A stretch of 32,000 nucleotides of DNA from Longimicrobiales bacterium (GCA_965226375.1 CBDDCX010000006.1:110393-142392); one strand, 5' to 3'; numbered from the stretch's first letter, positions 15,671 to 25,045 are shown. Program-made: numbers and translations. The notes: generated by a model not told the origin, from the sequence alone.

Positions 15671-16066
15671 CTACCGTACCACGCAAACCTTCGCGCCGTG
15701 ACCGGGCGCGTCAGCGCTCCGACCATCACACGTGAGTAGCGGACAGTCGAGGGCCTCCGCGAGCGCAACGTAGGCGGCGTCGTACGCGCTCAAGTTGTCG
15801 CGCAGCATCCAGATGCGCGGGACGAGCATCCCAGCGGGGCGTCTTTCGACGGGTAGTGCCTGCAGTAGCTCCACAGCCCCGGTCGCCCTCGAATCCGAGA
15901 CGGCGCCCGACCGCGCCAAGCGTCGAAACGCCTGCACGACTTCGACGTCGAGTAGATCCGGGGCGAAGAATGCACCGTCCGGGTCGTCCAGCAACTGTGT
16001 TACCACGCCGTCACCACGCTCGCTTCCCAGTAGCCACTCCACCACGGCAGAGGCGTCCAAGACCAT
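15671..16066 (-). CDS. vapC: PIN-domain toxin VapC
   Basis: 131 aa from MVLDASAVVEWLLG. Acidic PIN residues are present (D4, E..., D..AYVALAEALDCPLLTCD). The start overlaps the vapB stop (TGATG, 1-nt overlap at 16066). The longer track ORF to 16324 is rejected. Confidence 0.85.
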   Translation of the reverse strand: MVLDASAVVEWLLGSERGDGVVTQLLDDPDGAFFAPDLLDVEVVQAFRRLARSGAVSDSRATGAVELLQALPVERRPAGMLVPRIWMLRDNLSAYDAAYVALAEALDCPLLTCDGRSADAPGHGAKVCVVR

Positions 16067-16296
16067 CACCGGGTGTCGCGATCCTCGCGGATGATTTCGG
16101 CGGCCGTTGGAGCACCGTACACCGGCCCCAATTCGTGAACACGTGCCACGACCTCGTCCACGCTCAGCCGTTGCAATTCCTTCTGCAGTGCTCGAAGTGC
16201 CAGATCGGACAGGGTCACCCCTTCCATGGCCGCCTTGGCCTTGGCTCGGCGGTGCAGGTCCTCCGGCACATTGCGGATTTGGATCATGATAGACAT
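16066..16296 (-). CDS. vapB: Ribbon-helix-helix antitoxin VapB (FitA/Arc-like)
   Basis: 76 aa. MSIMIQIRNVPEDLHRRAKAKAAMEGVTLSDLALRAL is a typical RHH antitoxin N-terminus. Translationally coupled to vapC. Confidence 0.8.
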   Translation of the reverse strand: MSIMIQIRNVPEDLHRRAKAKAAMEGVTLSDLALRALQKELQRLSVDEVVARVHELGPVYGAPTAAEIIREDRDTR

Positions 16297-16329
16297 GTGA
16301 AAAGCATGTTAGCATGTGTAGCACATGTC
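16292..16329 (-). promoter_or_regulatory. Candidate vapBC operator (CATGT-rich inverted repeats)
   Basis: GACATGTG (16292-16299) and CACATGTC (16322-16329) are inverted 8-mers, with two further CATGT copies between them. The region spans the vapB start codon and its immediate upstream sequence. Confidence 0.45.
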
Positions 16330-16463
16330 AACGGCTGAACGTCTTACGGCACCTGTCTCCGTGGATTCAGCCGACCCCTCGGGTCGGTCAGGGTCTAGTT
16401 GAGGGCCGGGGCTCCAGCGTAAACAGCCTGTCCAACATCCGGGGTTCAACCGGTATTCCAACC

Positions 16464-16511
16464 ATATCGCACTGCGAAGTGTCCAACCCCTCGATATCGC
16501 AATGCGAAGTG
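16464..16511 (+). promoter_or_regulatory. Two 18-bp direct repeats, each containing a TCGCA-n-TGCGA palindrome; candidate operator pair for cassette 2
   Basis: ATATCGCACTGCGAAGTG (16464-16481) and ATATCGCAATGCGAAGTG (16494-16511) are 17/18 identical, 30 bp centre to centre, and end 5 nt before the first possible permease start. Confidence 0.5.
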
Positions 16512-16515
16512 AGGA

Positions 16516-19131
16516 ATGGACCGATCGGGGAGACGAATGGATCGATCACCCAGGGGCATCTACAGGGCTCTACTCAGGGTCTATCCAGCCGCGTTCCGCC
16601 AACGCTTTGGCCAATCGATGGAGGTCGTCTTCGAGCGAGAGTGGAAGCGGGCTCGGATCGCGGGAACCCCGGCGGCGTTCGTGTTTTGGATCCGGCTCCT
16701 GGCGGATTCTTTCGTAAACGTTCCGCGCGAGTGGCTCGACGTCGCCGCGCACGAGGGGAAAGGGAGGGTGGGGATGATGCTCGAGAGTCTATGGCAGGAT
16801 CTTCGATACGGAATGCGGGGACTGGTGAGACGCCCTGCACTTACCTTGGTTTTGACCCTCACCCTGGGCCTCGGAATCGGGGGTGTGACGGCCATCCAAT
16901 CGGTGCTGCGTGGGACGCTGTTGCGGGAGCTTCCGTACGACGCGCCCGATCGAATCCACATGTTCTGGAATGCCGGTTCATGGGCTCCAAGTGATCTGGC
17001 GGTCCTCGAGGAAGGCAGCCCGACGCTCTCTCTGGTGGCCGCCTACACCGAGACCCAGGTCGTGGTACAGAACGAGTCCGGCCCCGCGTCGGCCGAGGAT
17101 GCCCTCCTTGTCTCCCACGACTTCTTCTCCGTGTTCGGTGTGGAGCTTCAAAGGGGACGCGACTTCGACGTATCGGACGAGGTCCGGGGAGCCCCGCCGG
17201 TCGCGGTGATCACCCATGGCCTGTGGGTCGAGCTGGGTCAGAGACCCGATATGGTCGGCTCGACGCTGCGGATAGACGGTCAGGGCGTCGAGATCGTCGG
17301 GATCACCGCACCGGAATTCTACTTCCCGGACGAAGCGACGAGGATGTTTCGGCCGATGCAGGTCGATCGCACGAGCCGTGATCGCTACCTCAGCCTGATC
17401 ACCCGAGTCTCGACAACGGCCACCCCCGAGACGCTCGCCGGCGAGGCGCAGCGCGTCGTGACGGTGCTCGGGCGGCAGATTGACAGTTTTTCCGATGCCG
17501 TTCGGCTGACACCGGTTCGGCGCGCCATCTTCGGCCGTAATCGCGAGCCGATGATCCTGGTCGGGGGAGCGCTGGCGCTCGTGCTGCTCATGGCCGTCAT
17601 CAACGTAGGGGGGTTGTTGCTCGGGCACACCGAGCGACGCAGGGGCGAGTTATCCCTTCGGGCGGCCATCGGCGCGAGTAGGAGTCGTCTCGCTCGCCAA
17701 CTCGTGACCGAGTCCACGATCATCGGCTTGTTGGGCGGTGGCGCCGCAGTGCTGTTCGGGCTGGTCGGCTTCAAGCTGCTGGTGGGCAGCCTGCCGATCT
17801 CACCGGGGGATGCCCAGGCACTCGAGATGGATCGGGTATTTCTGCTCTTCACGCTGCTCCTTGGTGTGGGGGTCGGGGCGGTTGTCGGTCTGATCGCAGC
17901 GCTCGGATCGTCCGCCAAGACACCGGGCGGGAGTCGCGGCACGACTACCGGCGCCTCCCGCTCAGCAGCGCTGACCCAGAACGCACTGGTCATAGCACAG
18001 GTCGCCCTTACCGTGCTGCTCGTCGGGGGAGCCGGCGTGATGGCGAGGAGCGTCGGCGAGCTCTCGATGATCGAGACCGGCCTCTCTCCCGGACAGGCCG
18101 TGGTCCTCGATGTCGTCGCCGGCGCCGGGGATTATCCTGCCTCCGAACGCGGAGAGCTGTACGCCAACCTTCGTGGATTGATCGGTGAGATGCCCCAAAC
18201 GGCCTCGGTCGGCTTGAGCCAGAAGCTCCCGCTGAGAGGGAGCGGGTGGACCACGTCGGTGGTGGCTCCGGGAGTGTTGGATGAGCCGATGTTCGTTCCG
18301 ATTCGGTTCGTCACGCCGGGATATTTCGAGGCATTGGGCGTGCCGCTCGCCTCCGGGCGCCTTCCCGACTCGTTCATCGACCGAGCCGATGGTGCTCCGG
18401 TGGCCTGGGTGAACCAAGCACTTGCCGAGAGGATTTGGCCCAGAGAGGATCCGGCCGGCCAGCGTTCGGTCACCGCTTGGGGAGCGAGCCGCCGCGTGGC
18501 GGGCGTAGTGGGTAACGTTTCGGAAGGGAATCTGACAGATGCGGTTCTCCCTGCGATCTACGTTCTGATCGAGCAACATCCGCGGTTTCTGAGTTTTGCG
18601 ATGGTCGCGCGACCCGTGCCCGGGGCGGGGCCGCAGTACCCGGCCCAGGTCGTGAACCTGTTGAGAGAGCGGGAGCCCCGCCTGGCCGTGAGGAGCGTCT
18701 CCACGTTTACCGAGGTCGAGCAGGCCGCTCAGGGGGACACGCTCATGATCATGCGACTGCTGATCCTGCTCGGTGTGTTGGCGCTCATCGTCGGCGCCGT
18801 CGGCGTGCACGGTGTCATCTCGCAGTGGGTCAGCGGGCGGATCCGAGGCTGGGCTGTAGCGCTCGCCCTGGGCGCCACCTCCGGGACTGTACTCCGGGAG
18901 GTGCTGATACGAAGCCTCTCGCTGACTGTGGCGGGCGTGGGTGCGGGGATCGTACTCTTCCTGATCGGCAGCTCTGCGCTCGAGTCCTTCCTGTTCGGCG
19001 TCGAGCGGACCGACCCGGTATCTCTCGGCGCCACAGCAGCCTTGATCGTCGCTACGGGAGTACTGGCGGCCGCAGCCCCCGCTCTCCGTGCCGTTCGCAC
19101 CGATCCCGTGACCCTGTTGAGGGGAGAATGA
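16516..19131 (+). CDS. Duplicated MacB/FtsX-type permease with N-terminal prefix (ADOP-type), cassette 2
   Basis: 871 aa. The alternative ATG at 16537 has a better-placed GGGGAG. Prefix YRALLRVYPAAFRQRFGQSMEVVF (class A). Two FtsX-like units and the tail LRAVRTDPVTLLRGE. Confidence 0.9.
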   Translation: MDRSGRRMDRSPRGIYRALLRVYPAAFRQRFGQSMEVVFEREWKRARIAGTPAAFVFWIRLLADSFVNVPREWLDVAAHEGKGRVGMMLESLWQDLRYGMRGLVRRPALTLVLTLTLGLGIGGVTAIQSVLRGTLLRELPYDAPDRIHMFWNAGSWAPSDLAVLEEGSPTLSLVAAYTETQVVVQNESGPASAEDALLVSHDFFSVFGVELQRGRDFDVSDEVRGAPPVAVITHGLWVELGQRPDMVGSTLRIDGQGVEIVGITAPEFYFPDEATRMFRPMQVDRTSRDRYLSLITRVSTTATPETLAGEAQRVVTVLGRQIDSFSDAVRLTPVRRAIFGRNREPMILVGGALALVLLMAVINVGGLLLGHTERRRGELSLRAAIGASRSRLARQLVTESTIIGLLGGGAAVLFGLVGFKLLVGSLPISPGDAQALEMDRVFLLFTLLLGVGVGAVVGLIAALGSSAKTPGGSRGTTTGASRSAALTQNALVIAQVALTVLLVGGAGVMARSVGELSMIETGLSPGQAVVLDVVAGAGDYPASERGELYANLRGLIGEMPQTASVGLSQKLPLRGSGWTTSVVAPGVLDEPMFVPIRFVTPGYFEALGVPLASGRLPDSFIDRADGAPVAWVNQALAERIWPREDPAGQRSVTAWGASRRVAGVVGNVSEGNLTDAVLPAIYVLIEQHPRFLSFAMVARPVPGAGPQYPAQVVNLLREREPRLAVRSVSTFTEVEQAAQGDTLMIMRLLILLGVLALIVGAVGVHGVISQWVSGRIRGWAVALALGATSGTVLREVLIRSLSLTVAGVGAGIVLFLIGSSALESFLFGVERTDPVSLGATAALIVATGVLAAAAPALRAVRTDPVTLLRGE

Positions 19132-19430
19132 CGCTCAATCGATCGTCCCTGCCATCCGCTCAGTTCCAGATCCTCCTGGCGCTAGCCGATGGCCCGAAGC
19201 CGGGCCATGTCATCAACGAAGACATGCGCGTGAGGAGTGACGGCCGGTTGGCGATGGGACCGGGTACGCTGTATGGCGGGCTCAAGCGCCTGCTTCGGCG
19301 GGGGTGGGTGACCGAGGCCGACGGCGTCTATCAGATCACCGCGGAGGGTGCTGCGGCCTGCGAGCGAGAGATCGCCCGCATGAGCGCGATCCTCGGGATC
19401 GCGGCGGCGAAGGGGCTGGCGGCGCGCTGA
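19128..19430 (+). CDS. PadR-like wHTH regulator located downstream of its permease (cassette 2, class A)
   Basis: 100 aa from MTLNRSSLPSAQFQILLALADGPKPGHVINEDMRVRSDGRLAMGPGTLYGGLKRLLRRGWV. The ATG overlaps the permease TGA (ATGA at 19128-19131). This is only the distal part of track ORF 18825-19430. Confidence 0.8.
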   Translation: MTLNRSSLPSAQFQILLALADGPKPGHVINEDMRVRSDGRLAMGPGTLYGGLKRLLRRGWVTEADGVYQITAEGAAACEREIARMSAILGIAAAKGLAAR

Positions 19431-19472
19431 GGGGGGAGCCGCTTGAGACGAGCCCCGCCGTCTCCGGGTGTG

Positions 19473-20459
19473 TTACCCGTCAATAACCCGTGTTTCCCGT
19501 TCGAGCTCGAGATCGTAAATGTAGAGACCGTACACACCGTCGACTGCCTTCGTGTAGGTCAGGAAACGCCCGTTTGGAGAAACACGCGCTCTGTTGACGA
19601 AGCCGCCGGTATTGGACACCGCGTTGCCGTCCTCGACCATGATGGTAGGGGCCGGTTGGCCGAGGCGCTGTCGCAACAGCGATCTTCCGTCTGAGTTGTC
19701 CCGGAAGAAGAACACCTCGCTGCCGTCCGAGCTCCAGCTTGCACCTTCGTCAGGAACCTCGTTCTGGGTGATGGGCGTAATGGTCCCGTCCGCGAGGTCC
19801 AAAACCATGATCTCCGTCGACACATTGACATCGTTTCGTTCCTCGTCGGTCTGATCACGCCTGAACTTGTAGAGGGCCGTTGTCCGGACGAACAGAATCC
19901 GATCACCATCGGGTGACCATTGGGGTGAGAAATCGTTGTACTGACCGTCCGTGACCCGCTCCCTCCCCAGTCCATCGGTGCCGACCACGTAGATACTGTG
20001 GACGAAAGGATTGATCTCGGGCCTCGACTGAAAGGCGATGCGGTCTCCATCCGGAGACCACGTGATGTCGTACTCCAGCGCGGCGCTCTCGTCGGTAACC
20101 CGTCTCTGGTCCGATCCGTCGGCGTTCATGATATGGATCTGAAGACTGATCGGTCGTTCGTCCCTTTGATCTCGTCGGTTCGAGAAGAAGGCGACTTTCC
20201 GGCCATCCGGAGACCAAACCGGACCCTCATCATTGTACTCGGCATCCGTAAGGCGGATGAGGTTGTGGCCGTCGACATCAACGGCGTAAATCGAGAACGC
20301 GCCATTACTGCCAGACGAGAAAACGATTCTCTCACCGTCCGGCGACCAGTCCGGACTGAAATACATGACAGGGCTGCTTTCTTGAGCCCGAAGACCGGTC
20401 GGTAGTAGACCAACAGAAAGAAGCAGTAGCTTCACGGATTTTAGTGACGACCCCTTCAT
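19473..20459 (-). CDS. Periplasmic TolB-like beta-propeller (PD40/WD40-like repeats)
   Basis: 328 aa. Signal peptide MKGSSLKSVKLLLLSVGLLPTGLRAQE. Six repeats carry the PD40 signature (WSPDGERIVF, WSPDGRKVAF, WSPDGDRIAF, WSPDGDRILF, WSSDGSEVFF, SPNGRFLTY). Confidence 0.85.
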   Translation of the reverse strand: MKGSSLKSVKLLLLSVGLLPTGLRAQESSPVMYFSPDWSPDGERIVFSSGSNGAFSIYAVDVDGHNLIRLTDAEYNDEGPVWSPDGRKVAFFSNRRDQRDERPISLQIHIMNADGSDQRRVTDESAALEYDITWSPDGDRIAFQSRPEINPFVHSIYVVGTDGLGRERVTDGQYNDFSPQWSPDGDRILFVRTTALYKFRRDQTDEERNDVNVSTEIMVLDLADGTITPITQNEVPDEGASWSSDGSEVFFFRDNSDGRSLLRQRLGQPAPTIMVEDGNAVSNTGGFVNRARVSPNGRFLTYTKAVDGVYGLYIYDLELERETRVIDG

Positions 20460-20538
20460 CCTCCCGTCCCTTTCCCGAGCATATAGCCGAATGACTTGTC
20501 ACAGTGCCTCGGAGCGGCTCTCAGCAGCCAGTCGCCCT

Positions 20539-23214
20539 TTACTCCTCCCGCATCGCGTCGATCAGATCGCAGCGAGCGGCCTGCCTGGCCGGCAGGTAGC
20601 AACCCGCAAACGCCACGGCTGCGAGCGTCACGCACGCCCCAATGAACGTTCGCGGGTCCGTCGCACTTACACCGTAGAGCTGGCCCTGAAGAAAACGGGT
20701 GAGCCCGAGCGCCAACATCACCCCCAAGACGAGGCCGGCCACGGCGGCCGTCATCCCTTGGCGCAGGATCAGTTTGGTCACTCGCGAACCGGTAGCACCC
20801 AAGGCGAGCCGTATGCCCATCTCCCGGCGGCGCTGCGAGACGGTGTACGAGAGGACGCTGAAGATCCCGACGGCGGAGAGCACGAGCGCGAGCACGCTCA
20901 GCGTGCCCAGGAGCATCGCACCGGTACGGCGGTTCGCGCTTGCGGACGTGAGCAGATCGTCCAGCGTGTTGACGAGGTAGATCGGAAGTCCGGTCGCCTC
21001 GAAGACTTCACGGCGGAGAATAGGGATCATCTGCTCCGGGTCAGCCGTTGTTCGAACTGTGAGGGTCCGGGGCCGCGTGTCGTCGATCTCGTAATAGTTC
21101 TGGAGATCGGGCTCGAGATCCAGCCCGCCAAGCCGTACGTCCTCGACCACACCGATGATCCGAATCGGGTTCCCACCATTGATGAGGCGCTGGCCGACCG
21201 GATCCGAGTCGGGCCAGTAGCGTTCGGCGAGCGTCTCATTGATGAGAGCAACGATCTCAGGAGCGGTGTGGTCCTCTGGTAGAAACGAACGACCCCGGAT
21301 GAGACGTGATCCGACCGTGGAGAAGTAGTGCATATCGACGCCCTTGAGCAGTGCGCGTGGCGCCTGTCCTTCCGGAAACGGGTCGCGGCCTTCGATCCCC
21401 AGCAGCGAGGAGAAGGGACTCGTCAGTGGGTTGGAGAAGGAGCTCGCGGCGGAGACCACGCCCGGTACCGAACGCAGCCGCTCCGTCAGGTCGTTGTACA
21501 TGCCCCGGATCTCGGCGTCATCTGGAAAACGATTCTCCGTGATGTTCATCTCGAACGTCAGCAGGTTTTCCGGATCGACGCCGGTATCCACATTGAGTAG
21601 CCCCACCAAGCTCTGGATCATCAGACCGGCCCCCACCAGGAGCACGACCGACAGGGCGAACTGACCCACCGAGAGCAGGTTGCGACCGTGGCGGCCAGCT
21701 CCGCCCGACGTCACGCCGAGGGAATTTCTACCCAGCATGCCGTGTACGCTGGTGCGCACGACCTGGAAGGCAGGGGGTGCTCCGACGAGCACGGCGCCGA
21801 GAGACCCCACTACGCCTGTGAACGCCAGGACCCTCCAGTTTAGGGCGACCTCTTGGGCCAAGGGCGCCCCCTCGAACCAGATACCCACAAGGATCTGGAT
21901 GCCCAACCATCCCGTGCCGACTCCCAGCCCCACGGCCAGGCCGGTGATCAGCAGGGCCTCGCCAATCGCCATGCGGAATAGGCGTCCGCGTCCCGCACCG
22001 ATCGCGGCGCGCACCGTGAACTCCTTGCTGCGCGTCGTGGCGCGAGCCAGCCCGAGCGCAGCCACGTTGGCCGTTGCGATGAGCATTACCAGACCCACGG
22101 CCCCCAGAAGAGCGAGCAGCAAGGCAGCCGAGTCGCCCCCAAAGCGCTCGCCCAGCGGGACGATCGCCACACCCCTGGACGTGCCGTGCTCCTCATTGAG
22201 CCGCACCACGATCGCGCTCAGCTCTTCGAGCGCCGCGGTCGGACCCACACCGGGAGCAACCCGGACGGCCACGTCGAGCCAGTGGTTGGCGCGGCCACTC
22301 CAGAAGGGTACTCGCTCGATAGGCCGCCAGATATCGGTGGGGTCCGTCCGATCGAGGAGTCGGTTCGCTGTGAGATCTCCCGCGTGGGGCGCGGCGACCC
22401 CGACGACCTCGTGTGCCTCGTAATCCAGCACGATGGTGCTGCCGATCATGTCGGGATCGGCCTCGAATCGATTCACCCAGAGCCGGTAGCTCATCACCGC
22501 CACGGGCGACGCGTCGTCCAGGTGCTCCACCGGTGAGAAGAATCTCCCCAGGAAGGGCTGCGCGCCCACTAGGTCGAAATAGTCGCGGCTGACGAGTCCG
22601 CCTGGGAGCCAGTCCGCCCGGTTGCCCTGGCTCAACGTGACACCGCCCTCCTCGAACGCGACCATGCGCTCGAACAGTGTGCTGCGCTCTCGCCAATCGA
22701 GGAACTCCGCCCAACTGACTCGTCCGTAGTCGCCGGTCACCGGTGCGGTCTCGTAGACCTCGTAGGTGCGATCCGCATCGGGGATGGGCAGGGCGCGCAA
22801 CACGAACGTGTCCACCATCGAGAAGACCGCAGTGTTCGCACCGATCGCCAGCGCCAACGTCAAGACCGATACGCCGGCGAAGGCCGGACTCCGCAGTAGC
22901 GCTCGAGCCGCAAATCTCAAATCGTCAACGCAGGCCATCATCCCTCTCCCGTCCAAGTTCCTATGCCGCGTTTGTCGTACGGTGTGCCGAAGTGCCAACA
23001 GGTGCCAAGGGGCCAGTTCAGCCAGGAGTCGCCGCCGGGCCCGGACGAGTCCGAGACGCTCCACGTCGCGCCGGTAGGCCGATTCGATGTCCGTCATCAC
23101 CACGGCTCGGACGTGCTCGGGAATCACGAGGCGAAGGAGCAGGTGAACCCACCGAGGGAGCGGACTGGCGTGTTTCGTGCCTTTGCTGCTGTCCTGCGGG
23201 CCAGAGGTCCTCAT
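20539..23214 (-). CDS. Duplicated MacB/FtsX-type permease with N-terminal prefix (ADOP-type), cassette 3
   Basis: 891 aa from MRTSGPQDSS. The ATG overlaps the upstream PadR-fragment stop (ATGA at 23211-23214). Class B prefix LPRWVHLLLRLVIPEHVRAVVMTDIESAYRRD. Tail RQAARCDLIDAMREE. Confidence 0.9.
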   Translation of the reverse strand: MRTSGPQDSSKGTKHASPLPRWVHLLLRLVIPEHVRAVVMTDIESAYRRDVERLGLVRARRRLLAELAPWHLLALRHTVRQTRHRNLDGRGMMACVDDLRFAARALLRSPAFAGVSVLTLALAIGANTAVFSMVDTFVLRALPIPDADRTYEVYETAPVTGDYGRVSWAEFLDWRERSTLFERMVAFEEGGVTLSQGNRADWLPGGLVSRDYFDLVGAQPFLGRFFSPVEHLDDASPVAVMSYRLWVNRFEADPDMIGSTIVLDYEAHEVVGVAAPHAGDLTANRLLDRTDPTDIWRPIERVPFWSGRANHWLDVAVRVAPGVGPTAALEELSAIVVRLNEEHGTSRGVAIVPLGERFGGDSAALLLALLGAVGLVMLIATANVAALGLARATTRSKEFTVRAAIGAGRGRLFRMAIGEALLITGLAVGLGVGTGWLGIQILVGIWFEGAPLAQEVALNWRVLAFTGVVGSLGAVLVGAPPAFQVVRTSVHGMLGRNSLGVTSGGAGRHGRNLLSVGQFALSVVLLVGAGLMIQSLVGLLNVDTGVDPENLLTFEMNITENRFPDDAEIRGMYNDLTERLRSVPGVVSAASSFSNPLTSPFSSLLGIEGRDPFPEGQAPRALLKGVDMHYFSTVGSRLIRGRSFLPEDHTAPEIVALINETLAERYWPDSDPVGQRLINGGNPIRIIGVVEDVRLGGLDLEPDLQNYYEIDDTRPRTLTVRTTADPEQMIPILRREVFEATGLPIYLVNTLDDLLTSASANRRTGAMLLGTLSVLALVLSAVGIFSVLSYTVSQRRREMGIRLALGATGSRVTKLILRQGMTAAVAGLVLGVMLALGLTRFLQGQLYGVSATDPRTFIGACVTLAAVAFAGCYLPARQAARCDLIDAMREE

Positions 23215-23396
23215 CGCGTGGCTCCGTCCGCAGCAGAGGGCATGCCCTCCCACATGCGTTCCCACTGACGGCGCACCTCTTCCAGGGCCTCGTCACCCGC
23301 CTCGGTTATGCGGAAGTGACGTCTGGCTTTTCCGCCTCGGACCGGGGTCGGATCACCGAGCTGCGAGCTGAGGAATCCTTTTGTTTCCAGCCGCAT
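23211..23396 (-). pseudogene. PadR family regulator, C-terminal fragment only (5'-truncated), cassette 3
   Basis: RLETKGFLSSQLGDPTPVRGGKARRHFRITEAGDEALEEVRRQWERMWEG aligns with residues ~53-103 of the intact PadR at 29640-29975 (RMERKGLIRSDVGSPTPERGGRAKRFYELRPPGLEALVDARETLARFWEK). Residues upstream of 23396 in the track ORF are the antisense of the neighbouring permease remnant. The N-terminal helices of the wHTH are absent. Confidence 0.75.
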
Positions 23397-25045
23397 GGGA
23401 GTCCCTGGTAGGAAACGTCCGGCCGGCGCTGCTGATGTTGATGGGAGCGGTGGGCCTGGTCCTCCTGATAGTCTGCGCCAACGTGGCGAATCTCCTATTG
23501 GCGCGGACGGCGGCACGTGATCGTGAGGTAGCAGTTCGCATCGCTCTGGGAGCCGGGCGCTTACGACTCGTCCGGCAGCTTCTCACCGAGAGCGTGCTGC
23601 TGGCAGTGGTGGGCGGGTTGGCGGGAGTCGGGTTGGCGTATGGCGGTCTACGTGTCATCCTCGCCTTGGCGCCATCCCAAGCCGTCCCCCGGGTCACCGA
23701 GATCAGCATGGACGGCCGAATCCTTGCGGTCATGGCCGCCGTGACGTTGGCCACTGCCGTACTGTTCGGTCTGGTTCCCGCGCTCAAGAGATCACGCTCG
23801 CGTTTGGCCCACACCATGAAGGAGGGCACTCGGGGCATGCGGGCTATGCCGGGTGGACGCCGTCGGGGATCTCTCGTGGTGTTGGAGACGGCGGTGGCCA
23901 TGGTGCTCGTCGTCGCGTCGGGCCTGCTCATCCGGAGCTTCGCGGCCGTCCAGTCGGTCGATCCGGGGTTCGATCCGGACGGTCTTTGGGAGATCTCACT
24001 CTCGTTACCGTTTACCCAATATCCGAGCGAGCGCTGGCCCGAGGTGGAGACGTTCTTTGATCAGGTCACGCGCCGGACGCGTGAAATGCCGGGTGTCCGT
24101 GACGCCGCTATTGCGTACGCGGGTCCGACGAACCCGAGTTGGACGATTGGCTTTTGGGTCGACGGGCGCCCGGAACCCGCCGGAAACGTGCGGCCCGAGG
24201 CACAATACCGCCCGGTCTCTCCAGGCTACTTCCGGACCGCAGGCATCCCCCTCGTACGTGGTCGTGATTTCACCGACCTCGACGATTCGAAGTCCACGGG
24301 TGTGGTGATCGTGAATCAGGCGTTCGCCGACCAGCACTTTCCCGGCGAGGACCCCATCGGCCAGGTACTACTGATCGGCAGCTGGTGGGAGGATATCGCG
24401 ATCGCCCGCTGGGAGGTTGTCGGGCTGGCGCCGAACGTCCGCTATTTCGGTCGTGAGTCCGAGACGCTCCCGGGTTACTACTTTCCCCACGCTCAGCGCC
24501 CCATGACGGACATGGTGCTCCTGGTACGGGTCGACGGCGACATTGCCGATGTGTTGCCGTTGATTCGCCAGGAGGTCTGGAGTTTCGACGGGAGCGTGCC
24601 GGTGGAGAGAGTCTCGCCGAGCGAGCAGGCCCTGGTAACCTCGGTGGCCGGTCGGCGCTTCAACACGATCCTTCTGGGCGTCTTCGGCGGAGTGGCTCTG
24701 CTGCTGGCGGCCGTCGGTCTGTACGGCGTTCTGTCCTACACGGTGTCCCAGAGGACCCATGAGATGGGAGTGCGGGTGTCCTTGGGTGCTCAGCCCGCAG
24801 ATGTCCGACGACTGGTGGTCATGCAGGGGCTTAGACTCGCCCTCGGGGGCCTCGCGCTGGGCCTCGTTGCGGCCTTCGGATTCAGTCGCCTCGCGTCGTC
24901 CCTCCTGTTCGGGGTCACGGAGGGTGACCCGGTCACGTTGGCGACCGTCTCTGGTCTGCTGATCGGGGTCGCGGTTCTGGCCAGTTACCTCCCGGCGCGT
25001 CGGGCCACACGGATCGATCCCGTGACGGCATTGAGAGCGGACTAG
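23396..25045 (+). pseudogene. ADOP-type permease, 5'-truncated remnant (about 330 N-terminal codons missing), cassette 4
   Basis: Homology begins abruptly at (W)ESLVGNVRPALLMLMGAVGLVLLIVCANVANLLLARTAARDREVAVRIALGAGRLRL. In the intact paralogs this segment lies about 330-350 aa from the N-terminus. There is no prefix, TM1, first periplasmic domain, credible start or RBS. The 3' part is intact to the tail RRATRIDPVTALRAD. Confidence 0.8.

Noticed and set aside
19431-19472. Hairpin GAGACG-n8-CGTCTC between convergent padR2 and the TolB-like gene as a terminator
   Set aside because: The stem is only 6 bp and there is no T-tract on either strand, so it was not called as an intrinsic terminator.
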